Shown: positions 37,604 to 47,588 of the stretch, in pieces
How the letters are laid out: the number at the start of each line of letters is the position of its first letter
Position numbering within the stretch: position 1 is the stretch's first letter
Assembly: GCA_963851265.1 (NCBI GenBank)
Contig: CAWKNZ010000001.1
Span: 96,001-160,000, forward strand
DNA length: 64,000 bases
Direction of reading: 5' to 3'
Source: an uncultured Gemmatimonadales bacterium
GTDB taxonomy: Bacteria > Gemmatimonadota > Gemmatimonadetes > Gemmatimonadales > Gemmatimonadaceae
Program-made: the position numbers and the translations under genes
Notes under the pieces: generated by a model
The model's database searches: none
Told to the model about the DNA's origin: nothing
Seen by the model: the letters and a program-made list of their open reading frames with translations, nothing else

Positions 37604-39520
37604 GTGCGTCACCTCCTCCCGACGGTCCGCCTCACCGCGCTCGCGCTCGCGACGTTCGGCGCTGGGGCGCGCGCGTCCGCTCAGGGCGGGGCCGCGGGGC
37701 GCGACCGGTCGACTCCGCCGCGGGGCATTGAACCCGCCGCGGTACGTGATGCCCGAGCCGCACAGCGTGACTTCGAATTCACGCGACGAGGCCGCCTGCC
37801 CGTCGACGATTCGCGGCCCGAGCAATCGCGTCCGTACTATGGAAACGGTTGTCCCGTGCGCATCGGACGGCTCTGCTGGTGGGACAACGACGACGACGGC
37901 ACGCCCCCGCCCGAGCCGGCGAGCATCCGTGATGCGCGTACCCGCCTCCTTGAGCGGCTCGACCGCGCCGCGGCCGCGGACTCCTCCGACGCGTGGGTGG
38001 CCGGGCAGCGCGTGCGGTATGCGGTCGAGGCACGTCGCCCGGCCGACGCGGTCGCGGCCGCCGTCGCGTGCCGCGCGTCGGCCGTCTGGTGCCTGGGGCT
38101 GCGCGGCGTGGCCTACCATCTCTCGAACCACCCGGTCGAGGCGGCAGCCGCGTTCGATTCGGCCGACGCGCTACGGACGCCGGCGGAACGATGCGCCTGG
38201 AACGACGTCGCGCCGTGGCTGGACGGGGGCGCGACGCGCGCGTACCACCGGCTGCCGTGCGGGAGCGCCGACCGGGACCGCTGGGAGTCGCGCTTCTGGC
38301 GATTGGCCCAGCCGTTGTGGCTGCTGCCGGTGAACGATCTGCGTAGCGAATGGCACGCGCGCCGCATCATGTCGCGCGTGCACGGTGACGGCGCGAACCC
38401 GTACGGTATGAGCTGGGGCGACGACCTCGACGAGTGCGAGCTGCGGTACGGCTGGCCGACGTCGTGGAGCGTACGAACTTCGCCGGCGGCGATGTCGACG
38501 TACGCGTTCGCGCCCGACGCCGGCCGCAGCGTGACGGGGTGGGAGCCGGCGCCGAGCTACGATTGGGTGCCGCGGCGCAACGCGCTCGCGGCGGACCGGC
38601 GCGGGGTGGCCGACGTGCCCGAGGGCGCATGGACCCTGCGCCCCTCGCCGTTCGACGAACCGACGCCCATGCGCTACGCCCCGGCGTACGCGGGCGGCGG
38701 CGTGGGCACGCCGACGCACCAGATCGCCCGCTTCCGGCACGGTGACACCGCGGTGGTGGTCGGCGCCTACGACACCAGCCGCGACAGTCTCTGGAGCGAG
38801 GGGCGCACGCCCCCGACGCTCTCGGCCGGACTTTTCGTCGTCGACGACTCCGGCACGGTGGTCGCGGCCGCGCGGAACGATTCGGCGGCGCGCGCCGGCA
38901 CGTTCGTCGCGCGGCTCTACAACCCGTCCGGAAGCGTTCGGACTGCGCAGTCCGATCCGCACTATCTGCTCGGACTCGAGATCCTGCAGCGGGACACCGT
39001 CCACACCGCCGACGGCCGCCGCGTTCTGGGCCGCGCGCTTCGCGATCGCGCGCCGCTCCGCCCGCTCGCTGCCGACGCGCGGCTCTCGGACCTGCTGCTG
39101 CTTCGCCGCTCGCCCGGCCCTACGCCGTCGCTCGACGATGCGCTCGACAGCGCGGCCGGGTCGCTCAGCTTCCGGCGAGGGGGCACGGTCGGGCTATACT
39201 GGGAACAGTATAGAATCACCCGAGCGCCAGTACAGGAAGGTGGCGCGTCTGCGGCGCCCGACACCATCGTCCTCACGGCGACCCGCCTGACGCGCAGCCT
39301 CCGTGAACGGCTCGCCAGCGCGGTGGGGCTGGGCAGCGTCGACCGGCCGATCGGACTGCGCTATCCCGACCTCGCCGGGGCCGGAGCCGGGCGCGCGATC
39401 GGCGTCACGTGGCCCGACGTCGCCGCCGGCGACTACCGCGTCGAGGTCACCCTCGTCCCCGGCGCCCCCGGGCGCCAGCCCGCGACGACCGCGCTCATCG
39501 TTCACATCACCGAGGACTGA
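37604..39520 (+). CDS. secreted hypothetical protein (Cys/Trp-rich helical N-half, beta-rich C-half)
   Basis: Signal-peptide-like N-terminus, AGGAG SD, long ORF with GC3-biased codons; ELRYGWP is loosely GWxTD-like. Confidence 0.7.
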   Translation: MRHLLPTVRLTALALATFGAGARASAQGGAAGRDRSTPPRGIEPAAVRDARAAQRDFEFTRRGRLPVDDSRPEQSRPYYGNGCPVRIGRLCWWDNDDDGTPPPEPASIRDARTRLLERLDRAAAADSSDAWVAGQRVRYAVEARRPADAVAAAVACRASAVWCLGLRGVAYHLSNHPVEAAAAFDSADALRTPAERCAWNDVAPWLDGGATRAYHRLPCGSADRDRWESRFWRLAQPLWLLPVNDLRSEWHARRIMSRVHGDGANPYGMSWGDDLDECELRYGWPTSWSVRTSPAAMSTYAFAPDAGRSVTGWEPAPSYDWVPRRNALAADRRGVADVPEGAWTLRPSPFDEPTPMRYAPAYAGGGVGTPTHQIARFRHGDTAVVVGAYDTSRDSLWSEGRTPPTLSAGLFVVDDSGTVVAAARNDSAARAGTFVARLYNPSGSVRTAQSDPHYLLGLEILQRDTVHTADGRRVLGRALRDRAPLRPLAADARLSDLLLLRRSPGPTPSLDDALDSAAGSLSFRRGGTVGLYWEQYRITRAPVQEGGASAAPDTIVLTATRLTRSLRERLASAVGLGSVDRPIGLRYPDLAGAGAGRAIGVTWPDVAAGDYRVEVTLVPGAPGRQPATTALIVHITED

Positions 39521-39590
39521 CCGTGCCCCATCACCCCCCGCGCGACCGCGTCGCGCCGCCGCGAACCGTTCCCGCGTCCGGAACGCCGTC

Positions 39591-40511
39591 ATGAGCGAGA
39601 TCGACCACGACGACGCCGAACTCGTGCGGTATCGCGTCTGGGACCCCGCCGCGTACCGCCGTTTCGTGACCGAGTTCGACGACGACGTCGCGACGGCGCG
39701 CGAGGAGGGCGAGTCCCTGGGTGACCAGGACCGTGAGCTGGGCTGGACCCCGGCCGCGAGCCCGATGACGCTCTGGGCGCTGCTCGCCGACGTGTCCGGC
39801 GGGAGCGCACGATCACGCGCGGCCCTCGTCGCCTGCGTCACGCACGTCACTGGTGGACCGAACACCCTCCGTCCGCTCACCTTGGTCCCGGACCCTGAGG
39901 CCGCGCTCGTCCGCGCACTCGGTGGCACCGAGCCCAAGGACCGGGCGGCGTGGCCCCAATACCTCGCGTCGCTCGCGGTCGAGATCACGGAAGACGACGC
40001 GCGCCTGCCCAAGGGGCCGCTCGCCCACGTGCGGGAACGCGGGGCCCAGCTCGTCTCCGACACGGAGGACGAGATCCAGGACGCCGTGGCGGCGGCCTAC
40101 GAGGTGGCGGCCGTCGCCGGCGGCTGGGACGACGCCACCGAAGCCGGGGTGCGCCAGACGCAGGTCGTGGCGGGAACCGACGCGCTCGCGCGCGCCGTCG
40201 CCGACGCGCGCGTCGAGCGCGCGATCGCGGTCGCTGGCGCGAAGGCGCTGCCGATTCTGGCCGAGGACGGCGACCCGTCGGCCGTCGTGTCGGACGCGTT
40301 TCCTGCCGGCGTCGCAGTGTGGCGCGAACTCGTGCGCGCCGTCGTGCGCGGCGAGGTCGTCCCGGGTAGCGCGGGGTGGCGGGGCGCCCTGTGGGCGTTG
40401 CAGGTCGCCTTCGTCGCCGGCACGGGCGAGGTGGCCGCCGTGCGAACGGGCAGCCGCGTCGTGCGGCAGGCGGCGGACCGGGCCGGGGTCGGCGCGATCG
40501 TCACCCCCTGA
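39591..40511 (+). CDS. hypothetical protein
   Basis: Acidic, GC3-biased ORF from ATG 39591; no recognised motif. Confidence 0.65.
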   Translation: MSEIDHDDAELVRYRVWDPAAYRRFVTEFDDDVATAREEGESLGDQDRELGWTPAASPMTLWALLADVSGGSARSRAALVACVTHVTGGPNTLRPLTLVPDPEAALVRALGGTEPKDRAAWPQYLASLAVEITEDDARLPKGPLAHVRERGAQLVSDTEDEIQDAVAAAYEVAAVAGGWDDATEAGVRQTQVVAGTDALARAVADARVERAIAVAGAKALPILAEDGDPSAVVSDAFPAGVAVWRELVRAVVRGEVVPGSAGWRGALWALQVAFVAGTGEVAAVRTGSRVVRQAADRAGVGAIVTP

Positions 40512-40521
40512 CGCGGCAGCG

Positions 40522-41175
40522 TCAGCCAGCGGGCTGCTGCACGGGCGCCGGGGTCGGCCCGCGCAGCCACACGGTCACCGTATACCCGTCGCGTGCGAGC
40601 AGGCCGCGCAACAGCGTGACCGCGTTCGCGCCGGCCCGGTCGGCGAGCCCGGTCTCCTGGCCGGCACGCAACAGCTGCGCGCGGACGGCTACCTGCAGGC
40701 TGTCGCGGTCGGCAGGGCGGAACGGGTTGAGCAGGCCGGCGTGCTCGTCGTAGGTGCGCACGTTCAGCACCTCGACCCCGAAGATCTGCGGGCGCGGCAG
40801 GGCGACCGTGATCCGCCGCGTCGCGTCGTCCACGTGCACGTCGGCCCCGCCACCGGCGTGCGTCGAGTCGAGGTCGATCCCCGCGCTCACCCGCCCGGTC
40901 ACGACGAGTAGCGCGCGCTTGGTCGAGAAGAACCGCGTGCTCTCGTACGCGACCACGTCCCGCACCGTCGCTTCGGCGGTCACGAGCTTCGCGACGGCGC
41001 GCACCTGCTCGATCACCAGGTCGTGCGACACGTGCGCCCGGGGCGGCTCGGGTATCACCCGGTCGGCCAGCCGCCGGCCCGCGACGAGCGCGAGGGTCAG
41101 CACCACACCCACCGCCCCGACGGCGAGCGCGAGCGCGGTGAGGCGACGCGTCCAGGGGTCGGTGGACCGGATCAC
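40522..41175 (-). CDS. DUF4230 domain-containing protein
   Basis: N-terminal TM, IEQVRAVAKLVTAE, GRVSAGIDL, ITVALPRPQI; TATACT 5 nt before the GTG. Confidence 0.8.
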   Translation of the reverse strand: MIRSTDPWTRRLTALALAVGAVGVVLTLALVAGRRLADRVIPEPPRAHVSHDLVIEQVRAVAKLVTAEATVRDVVAYESTRFFSTKRALLVVTGRVSAGIDLDSTHAGGGADVHVDDATRRITVALPRPQIFGVEVLNVRTYDEHAGLLNPFRPADRDSLQVAVRAQLLRAGQETGLADRAGANAVTLLRGLLARDGYTVTVWLRGPTPAPVQQPAG

Positions 41176-41268
41176 CCCGCAGTATACCCCGACGTGACAC
41201 CACGACGTGCGGCGACCCCGCGGCCGCGCCCGCGACGCGCGGCGTCGACCTTGCTCGATCGGCGCGCC

Positions 41269-41961
41269 ATGCCGACGCACTCCCCGCTCCGCCCTCCCGC
41301 TCCGACCGAATCGGACCCTGGCACGGTCGTCGACGCGGCCGCGCGCGTGGCCGTCGCGAGCGCGGTGTTCTCGGTCGTCCACAGTCTCCTCGCGAGCCAC
41401 CGCGCCAAGCGCACCGCCGAACGCGCACTCGGCGAACGGGTAGCCCGGGGCGGCTACCGCCTCGGGTACAACGCGATCGCCATGGGCATGACGCTCGGCC
41501 TCACGGCGTACGTGCTCCGCCGCCGCGGCCCGCTGGTCTACTCGCTCGACGGTCCCGCGGCAGTCCTCGTCCGCACCGCCCAACTCGGCGCACTCGGGGC
41601 CGCGTTCCGGGCGGGCATCGACGCCGGCTTCGCCGACCTGTCGGGCTTCGGCCCACTCTGGCGATTGGCCACCGGGGGACCGCTCGCGCCGATTCCCGAC
41701 GGTCAGGGCCCGTCGGAGCGCGGACCGGGCGAACCGACCCCCCACGGGCTGTTCACCCGGTCGCGCAACCCGCTGAACTTCTTCGTCATCCCGGTGCTCT
41801 GGCTCGCGCCGCGGGCGAGCGCGGGGCGGATCGGACTCAATCTCGTGTTCACCGCGTACTGCGTCGCGGGGTCATGGCACGCGAACCAGATGCTCCGGGC
41901 GAGACACGGGAAAGGGTGGGAAGGCTACGAGCAGGAGAAACCGCTGATGGTGCCGGCGTAG
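41269..41961 (+). CDS. NnrU/nurim/ICMT-like membrane protein
   Basis: FSVVHSLLAS, YRLGYN, GLFTRSRNPL, C-terminal YEQEKPLMVP. Confidence 0.6.
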   Translation: MPTHSPLRPPAPTESDPGTVVDAAARVAVASAVFSVVHSLLASHRAKRTAERALGERVARGGYRLGYNAIAMGMTLGLTAYVLRRRGPLVYSLDGPAAVLVRTAQLGALGAAFRAGIDAGFADLSGFGPLWRLATGGPLAPIPDGQGPSERGPGEPTPHGLFTRSRNPLNFFVIPVLWLAPRASAGRIGLNLVFTAYCVAGSWHANQMLRARHGKGWEGYEQEKPLMVPA

Positions 41962-42010
41962 TCGCCGCGGTCCCGGTTGGCTGGATCGTCGGCCCGGGCG
42001 GGCGGCGCGA

Positions 42011-43099
42011 CTACGCTCGGCGCTGACGGCCAGGGGAGAGGTACTGCGCTTCTCCCCACTCGAACGTCCTCCGCTCCGCGTAATAGTCCGGCCGCCACGG
42101 GATCCTCCCCCCCACGAACCCGACATGCCCGCCACGACGGTGGAACTCCACCGTGAGGCATGGGTTGACGTCGGCTACCCGTCGCACCTCGTCGAGCACG
42201 TCCGCCGGGAGAAACGGATCGTCTTCCGCGCTCAGCAGCAGCGTGGGGATGCGGATTCCCGCGAGGAAGCCGAGCGCGCTCGACCGGGCGTAGTAATCGG
42301 CCGCGTCGTTGAACCCGTGCACGGCCGCGGTGAGCACGTCGTCGAACTCCCACAGCGACCGGAGTCCCGCCAGCCGCTCCCGGTCCACCAGGTCCGGGTA
42401 GACCGCGAGTTTCTGTTCGACCTTACCCGTGAGCGACCGGAGGAAGTTGAGCTCGTAGATCCGCGAGAACCCGCGTCCCACGTGCCGGGACCCGCGCGCG
42501 AGATCGAACGGCACCGAGATCGCCACCGCCGCGCGCACGTTGGCCGGTACCGGATTTGGCGACGGCGCGCTCTGCTCCGGACCGCTCGGTCCGAGCGTCG
42601 GGTCGCCGCGCTCGCCGAGGTACTTGAGCAGCACGTTGCCCCCGAGCGAGACGCCGGCGAGCACGAGCGGGCGGTCCGGCTGCTCCGCCGCGATCCGCTC
42701 CACGACCAGCGCGAAGTCTGTCGTCTCGCCCGAGTGGTAGAAGCGGCGCTGCCGGTTCATCTCGCCGCCGCAGCTGCGGTGCACCAGCAGGTCCATCCCC
42801 CAGCCGCGCCGCCGTGACTGCGCGAACAGGCCCTGCACGTAGTGCGACCGTTCGCCGCCTTCGAGGCCGTGCAGCAGCAGCAGTCGCGGCGTCTCGCGCG
42901 CCGGCTCGAGGCGCACCACGTCGACGAAATCACCGTCCGGCGTGTCCCAGCGTTCCGTGCTGTAGCCTGGCGGACGGCGGCGGGCCAGGGTGCGCGAACT
43001 GCGCGGCTGACGGACGAACTTGCCGTACAGCGTTTGCGCGTGCGCGCCCGGCACCCACCACGCAGGGCGGTAACTCGGCGGCGGGACGACGATGGGCAT
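42011..43099 (-). CDS. YheT-family alpha/beta hydrolase
   Basis: HAQTL, TPDGDFVD, HGLEGG..SHY, RSCGGEMN..RFYHSGET, GVSLGGN, DDPF, GGHVGF; TATAAT 5 nt before the ATG. Confidence 0.9.
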   Translation of the reverse strand: MPIVVPPPSYRPAWWVPGAHAQTLYGKFVRQPRSSRTLARRRPPGYSTERWDTPDGDFVDVVRLEPARETPRLLLLHGLEGGERSHYVQGLFAQSRRRGWGMDLLVHRSCGGEMNRQRRFYHSGETTDFALVVERIAAEQPDRPLVLAGVSLGGNVLLKYLGERGDPTLGPSGPEQSAPSPNPVPANVRAAVAISVPFDLARGSRHVGRGFSRIYELNFLRSLTGKVEQKLAVYPDLVDRERLAGLRSLWEFDDVLTAAVHGFNDAADYYARSSALGFLAGIRIPTLLLSAEDDPFLPADVLDEVRRVADVNPCLTVEFHRRGGHVGFVGGRIPWRPDYYAERRTFEWGEAQYLSPGRQRRA

Positions 43100-43152
43100 G
43101 GCAGATTATACCCTCGCTGTCCGATGTCGTCTTCAACGCCCGGTTTCTGCCA

Positions 43153-43485
43153 GTGCTCGACACGCCGCCTACCCTCGCGATCGTCGCCGTCGCCGTCGCC
43201 GGCGCGGCGGCGCCAGCGGCCGTGTTGCACCTCGTACTCGCACACGCGATGCGGGCCCGCGGGCTACCCCGCTGGCGTGTGGCCGACACGCTGCTCGTGA
43301 GTCCCCTGCTCTTCCTCGCCCTGCTCACCGGTTTCGCCGCGCTCGCGCACGCGGTGGCCCGCGTGGCGGCCGACGCGGCGACCGGCCGGGCCACGCATGC
43401 CGATCTCTTCGGCTCGCTCGCCGTCGCGGCGGGCGCGTTCGTCGTGGCGGGGTTCGGCGCGCGCGCGGTCGGGAAGTTGTATTGA
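43153..43485 (+). CDS. small hypothetical membrane protein (3 TM)
   Basis: Three hydrophobic segments; its stop overlaps the HAD start (TTGA). Confidence 0.55.
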   Translation: MLDTPPTLAIVAVAVAGAAAPAAVLHLVLAHAMRARGLPRWRVADTLLVSPLLFLALLTGFAALAHAVARVAADAATGRATHADLFGSLAVAAGAFVVAGFGARAVGKLY

Positions 43486-44195
43486 CGGCGGTACTGCCGC
43501 CGCGTTCGGCCCCGCGCGCGATCCTCTTCGACTTCGGCGGCACGCTCGACGCCGACGGGGTGCCGACGGCGTCGCAGTTCCACGCCGCGTACGCGGCCGA
43601 GCGTGGAACCATCGATGCCGACGGATTCGCCGCCGCGTTCCGCACCTCCGACCATCAACTTGCCGCGCTCGCGCACATCGCCCGCCTCGGATATACCGAG
43701 ACCGTGGAGGCGCAGACCCGGCTCCTCGCCGCCCTCCTGCCCGACGCTGCGGCGGTCGACTGGACCTCGGTCGCCACGCGTGTGACCGCCGCGGCCCGCA
43801 CGATCGCGGCCCGCAACCGCCCCTTGCTCGCGACGCTCCGCGACGGCGCTCGGCTCGGCGTCGTGTCCAACTTCACCGGGAACGTCGATCGCTGCCTGGC
43901 CGAGCTCGGGCTCCTCGATCTGTTCGACACCGTGGCCGACTCCGCCGTCGTGGGCCAGGCGAAACCCGACCCCGCGCTATTCCAGGTGGCGCTCCGCGCG
44001 CTCGACACCCTGCCCGCTGACGCGATGATGGTTGGCGACAACCCGTTCTCCGACGTGCGTGCGGCTTCTGCGCTCGGCATGAGCACGTGCTGGCTCGCCC
44101 CGGCGGAGCGCCCGGTCCCGAGCGGCTGCGCGCCGACGTACCGCATCGCGCGGCTCCCCGAGTTGCGCGGCGTGCTGACGGCGAACGGGCAGTGA
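43482..44195 (+). CDS. HAD-superfamily hydrolase
   Basis: LFDFGGTLDADG, VSNFTGN, AKPDP, MVGDNPFSDV. Confidence 0.88.
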   Translation: MTAVLPPRSAPRAILFDFGGTLDADGVPTASQFHAAYAAERGTIDADGFAAAFRTSDHQLAALAHIARLGYTETVEAQTRLLAALLPDAAAVDWTSVATRVTAAARTIAARNRPLLATLRDGARLGVVSNFTGNVDRCLAELGLLDLFDTVADSAVVGQAKPDPALFQVALRALDTLPADAMMVGDNPFSDVRAASALGMSTCWLAPAERPVPSGCAPTYRIARLPELRGVLTANGQ

Positions 44196-44202
44196 GGGTC
44201 GC

Positions 44203-44982
44203 GTGAGCACGTCGCCCCGGACCATCGCCATGCACGCGCTCGTCCTCGCCGGCGGCGAAGGGTCGCGGCTCGCGGCCGACGGCGTCACCGTCCCCAAGGC
44301 GCTCGTCGAGGTCGGCGGCCGCCCACAACTCGTCAGGCTCGTCCAGACGTTCGCGGACCTCGGCTGTCTCTCGGTCACCTGCCTCGTGCACGAGGCGGTC
44401 GCGCCGCAGATCGATCGCCACGCGCTCCGGGCGGCCGGCGGCGCGGCCGCCGTGCGCGTCGTCGCGTGCCGCACGCCGTCGTCGCTCCACACCCTCGTCG
44501 CCGGGCTCGACGCCGTGCCGGCCGGCCCGGTGTTCTGCTCGATGGTCGACACCGTGATGGCCCCGGCCGACTGGCACGCCGTCCACGCGGCGTGCGGCCG
44601 CGCGCTCGCCGCTGGCGCCGATGCGCTCCTCGCGGTCACGCCGGACCCCGAGGACGACGACGCTCCGCTGCGGGTGCGCGTCGGGCCCGACGGGCGCGTC
44701 GCGCGCGTCGGCGGCGACGCCGCGTCGTATGCGGCCGCGTACGCCTCCGGTGCGCCTCCCGTGCTCATTACCGGCGGAGTGTACGCCTTTGCCCCGGCCG
44801 CGCGCGCGCGGGCGCACGCCCTGGCGGCCGCGGGCGGGCAGCGCATGCGTGTCTTCCTCGCGGCGCTCGTCGACGAGGGCCGCGACGTGCGCGCCGCTGT
44901 GGTGCCGCGCATCCTCGACGTCGACCATCGGCGCGATCTTGACGCCGCGAACGCGTACGCCGCCGGGTGGCAGTCGGGCTGA
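44203..44982 (+). CDS. nucleotidyltransferase (NTP_transferase family)
   Basis: LAGGEGSRL...PKALV, TPSSLHT, SMVDTV, LDVDHRRDL. Confidence 0.85.
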   Translation: MSTSPRTIAMHALVLAGGEGSRLAADGVTVPKALVEVGGRPQLVRLVQTFADLGCLSVTCLVHEAVAPQIDRHALRAAGGAAAVRVVACRTPSSLHTLVAGLDAVPAGPVFCSMVDTVMAPADWHAVHAACGRALAAGADALLAVTPDPEDDDAPLRVRVGPDGRVARVGGDAASYAAAYASGAPPVLITGGVYAFAPAARARAHALAAAGGQRMRVFLAALVDEGRDVRAAVVPRILDVDHRRDLDAANAYAAGWQSG

Positions 44983-45027
44983 CCGTGCGCCAACCCGTGC
45001 CGTGCGGGCCGGGCGCCGCCGGCTTCC

Positions 45028-45084
45028 GTTAATCTGGGGTTAATCGGGAACCCCGCGCTCGGAAACCGTTGCGCAAGCGTTGCG
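45028..45084 (+). promoter_or_regulatory. two pairs of 11-bp-spaced direct repeats (GTTAATC x2, CGTTGCG x2) upstream of the ATP-grasp gene
   Basis: GTTAATC at 45028 and 45039; CGTTGCG at 45067 and 45078; locally AT-richer intergenic DNA. Confidence 0.4.
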
Positions 45085-45147
45085 AACCTCGGTTGGGGTC
45101 GATTGCATACGCTGCGGATCGTGCTGGCCGCGTCACATGTCACCGTC

Positions 45148-46164
45148 ATGCCCCGCGTCGTCGCCCTCTTTCGCAAGTCGTCCTACTCGCCCGCGCAGCA
45201 CCGCACCAACGACACCGCAATCCTCGACGACACGCTCGCGCATTTCGTCGACGCCGGGTGGGACGTCGTGCGGGTGGACGAGGCCGCACTCGATGCGGGT
45301 GACGACGGCGATGACGCGCCGCCCCCCGCCCACGTCGTGCCCCGCGACGCGGACCTGTACCTGAGCATGTCGCAGGGGCCGGCCACCGCCCGCCTGCTCG
45401 AGCTCGAGCGGGCCGGCGCGGTGTTCATCAACCGTCCGTCGAGCGTGCTCGGCTGTCACCGCCACCGGCTCGTCCCGGCGCTCGCCGCGGCGGGCGTGCG
45501 TTTTCCCGCGACCGACGTCGTCGATCTCGCGCTCGCCGATCCGGCGACCGTGGCGGCCAGCCCGGTGGTGCGCGCGGCGGCGCTCTCGGGCGGGCGCGTC
45601 TGGATCAAACGCGGTGACGTGCACGCCGAGCGGGCCGACGACGTCGTCGTGGTCGCCGCGTCCGGCGTGGCGGCGGCCGCGGCGGAGTTCCGCGCGCGCG
45701 GCATCGGGCGCGTCGCGCTGCAGGCCGACGTCGGCGGACCGGTGATCAAGTTCTACGGCGTGGCCGACGGGCGCTTCTTCCGGTGGTACGACGCGGCGGT
45801 CGGGCTCGACGGCCCGCGGCCGGTGGTGGACGAGGAGCGACTGCGGGCGCTCGCCTTCGACGCCGCGCGCGCGCTCGGGCTCGAGGTGTTCGGCGGGGAC
45901 GTCGCGCTCCCAGCGCCAGACGTGCCGGTCCTCATCGACCTCAACGACTGGCCCAGCTTCGCGCCGTTCCGGGCCGAGGCGGCGGCGGCGATCGCTGGCT
46001 ACGCGCTGGGAGGCTGCGCGGCGGCCAACCAGCGGGGCGACGCGCGCGGTCGCTCCCGCGCCTTCCGCGAGACCGCCCTCGCCGCCCCGCGCGCGCGCGC
46101 GATGGCGCGGGGCGAGCACGATGGGGGCGGCCACGAGGGCCGCCCCTACGGCGACTTCGCCTAA
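45148..46164 (+). CDS. ATP-grasp fold protein (ITPK1/RimK-like)
   Basis: VFINRPSSV, WIKRGD, LQADVGG.VIKFYGV, GLEVFGGD, LIDLNDWPSF. Confidence 0.7.
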   Translation: MPRVVALFRKSSYSPAQHRTNDTAILDDTLAHFVDAGWDVVRVDEAALDAGDDGDDAPPPAHVVPRDADLYLSMSQGPATARLLELERAGAVFINRPSSVLGCHRHRLVPALAAAGVRFPATDVVDLALADPATVAASPVVRAAALSGGRVWIKRGDVHAERADDVVVVAASGVAAAAAEFRARGIGRVALQADVGGPVIKFYGVADGRFFRWYDAAVGLDGPRPVVDEERLRALAFDAARALGLEVFGGDVALPAPDVPVLIDLNDWPSFAPFRAEAAAAIAGYALGGCAAANQRGDARGRSRAFRETALAAPRARAMARGEHDGGGHEGRPYGDFA

Positions 46165-46190
46165 TCAGGCACCTGCTAAACACCACGACC

Positions 46191-47585
46191 ATGGCCGGCG
46201 GCGTTCTTCTTCCCACCCACGCGTCCCCCGACGCCTTCACCGACGCGCCGACGGCCGCCGGCCCGCGCTCGCTCGCGATGCACGAGGCCGAGGCCGAGTA
46301 CCTCGCGCCCGGTACGCAGAGCGTCGCGCTCTTCAGCAAGCTCGCCATCGACCACGGCCAGGGGGTGCACCTGTGGGACGTGGACGGCAAGCGCTACACC
46401 GACCTCCTGGCCGGCGTCGGCGTGGCGAGCCTCGGCCACGCGCACCCCAAGTTCGTCGCGGCCATGCAGCGGCAGGTGGCCCGCGTGCACATCGGCTCGT
46501 TCACGAGCGAGCACCGCGCCGCGCTCGTCAAGCTCGTCGCCGACATCGCGCCCGGCGACCTCTCTCGCACGCAGCTGTACTCCAGCGGCGCCGAGGCCGT
46601 CGAGAGCGCGTTCCGCCTCGCCAAGGCCTACACCGGCAAGACCGAGTTCGTCGGCTTCTGGGGCGGCTTCCACGGCAAGACCGCGGGCGTGCTGCCGCTG
46701 CTCTCGGGCAGCTTCAAGCACGGGCTCGGGCCGCTCATGCCGGGCACGTACAGCACGCCCTACGCGGCCTACGGCCGCTGCCCGATCTGCCGCACCGGCG
46801 GCGCGTGCGACTGGACGTGCATCGATTTCCTGCGCAAGAAGATCTTCAACGAGACGGCCAACGACGTCGCCGCGATCATCGTCGAGCCGGTCCAGGGCAC
46901 GGCCGGCAACATCGTGCCCACGCCGGGCTTCCTGCGCCAGTTGCGTGCGCTGTGCGACGAGATCGGCGCGGTGCTCATCGCCGACGAGATGCTCACCGGC
47001 TTCGGGCGCACCGGCAAGATGTTCGCGGTCGAGCACGACGGCGTCGTGCCCGACATCATGACGATCGGCAAGGGCTTCGGCGGCGGCTTCCCGATGACCG
47101 GCCTCATCGTGCGCGACGAGGTCGCGCGGGCCAAGCCGTGGGCCAACCCGAGCGGCTCCTCGTCCAGCTACGGCGGCAACCCGCTCGCCGCGGCCGCGTC
47201 GCGCGTGACGATCGAGACCATGCTGGAAGAGGACCTCGTCGGCAACAGTCGCCGCGTGGGCGCGCGCATGCTGCACGAGGTGGAGCGCTGGGAGCGCGAG
47301 CTGCCCATCGTGCGCGGCGCGCGCGGCCGGGGGCTCATGATCGGCCTCGACCTCGTCTACCCGGACGGCCATCCCAAGGCGGGGCGGCTGCTCGACAAGC
47401 AGGTCACGCGCTGGATCTTCGACTCCGCGCTCGACCGCGGCGTGATGGCGATGCTCTACAACGCCGAGGTGCGCATCAATCCGCCGCTCGTGATCTCGGA
47501 GGCTGAGGCGCTCGAGGCGTTGGGCGTGGTCGAGGGCGTGCTGCGCGAGGCCGCGGAGCGGCTGTCCGAGCATCCGGGCGCCTGA
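46191..47585 (+). CDS. class-III PLP aminotransferase
   Basis: LWDVDGKRYTD, SGAEAVE, FHGKT, IVEPVQG, IADEMLTGFGRTG, PDIMTIGKGFGGG. Confidence 0.93.
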   Translation: MAGGVLLPTHASPDAFTDAPTAAGPRSLAMHEAEAEYLAPGTQSVALFSKLAIDHGQGVHLWDVDGKRYTDLLAGVGVASLGHAHPKFVAAMQRQVARVHIGSFTSEHRAALVKLVADIAPGDLSRTQLYSSGAEAVESAFRLAKAYTGKTEFVGFWGGFHGKTAGVLPLLSGSFKHGLGPLMPGTYSTPYAAYGRCPICRTGGACDWTCIDFLRKKIFNETANDVAAIIVEPVQGTAGNIVPTPGFLRQLRALCDEIGAVLIADEMLTGFGRTGKMFAVEHDGVVPDIMTIGKGFGGGFPMTGLIVRDEVARAKPWANPSGSSSSYGGNPLAAAASRVTIETMLEEDLVGNSRRVGARMLHEVERWERELPIVRGARGRGLMIGLDLVYPDGHPKAGRLLDKQVTRWIFDSALDRGVMAMLYNAEVRINPPLVISEAEALEALGVVEGVLREAAERLSEHPGA

Positions 47586-47588
47586 CCG

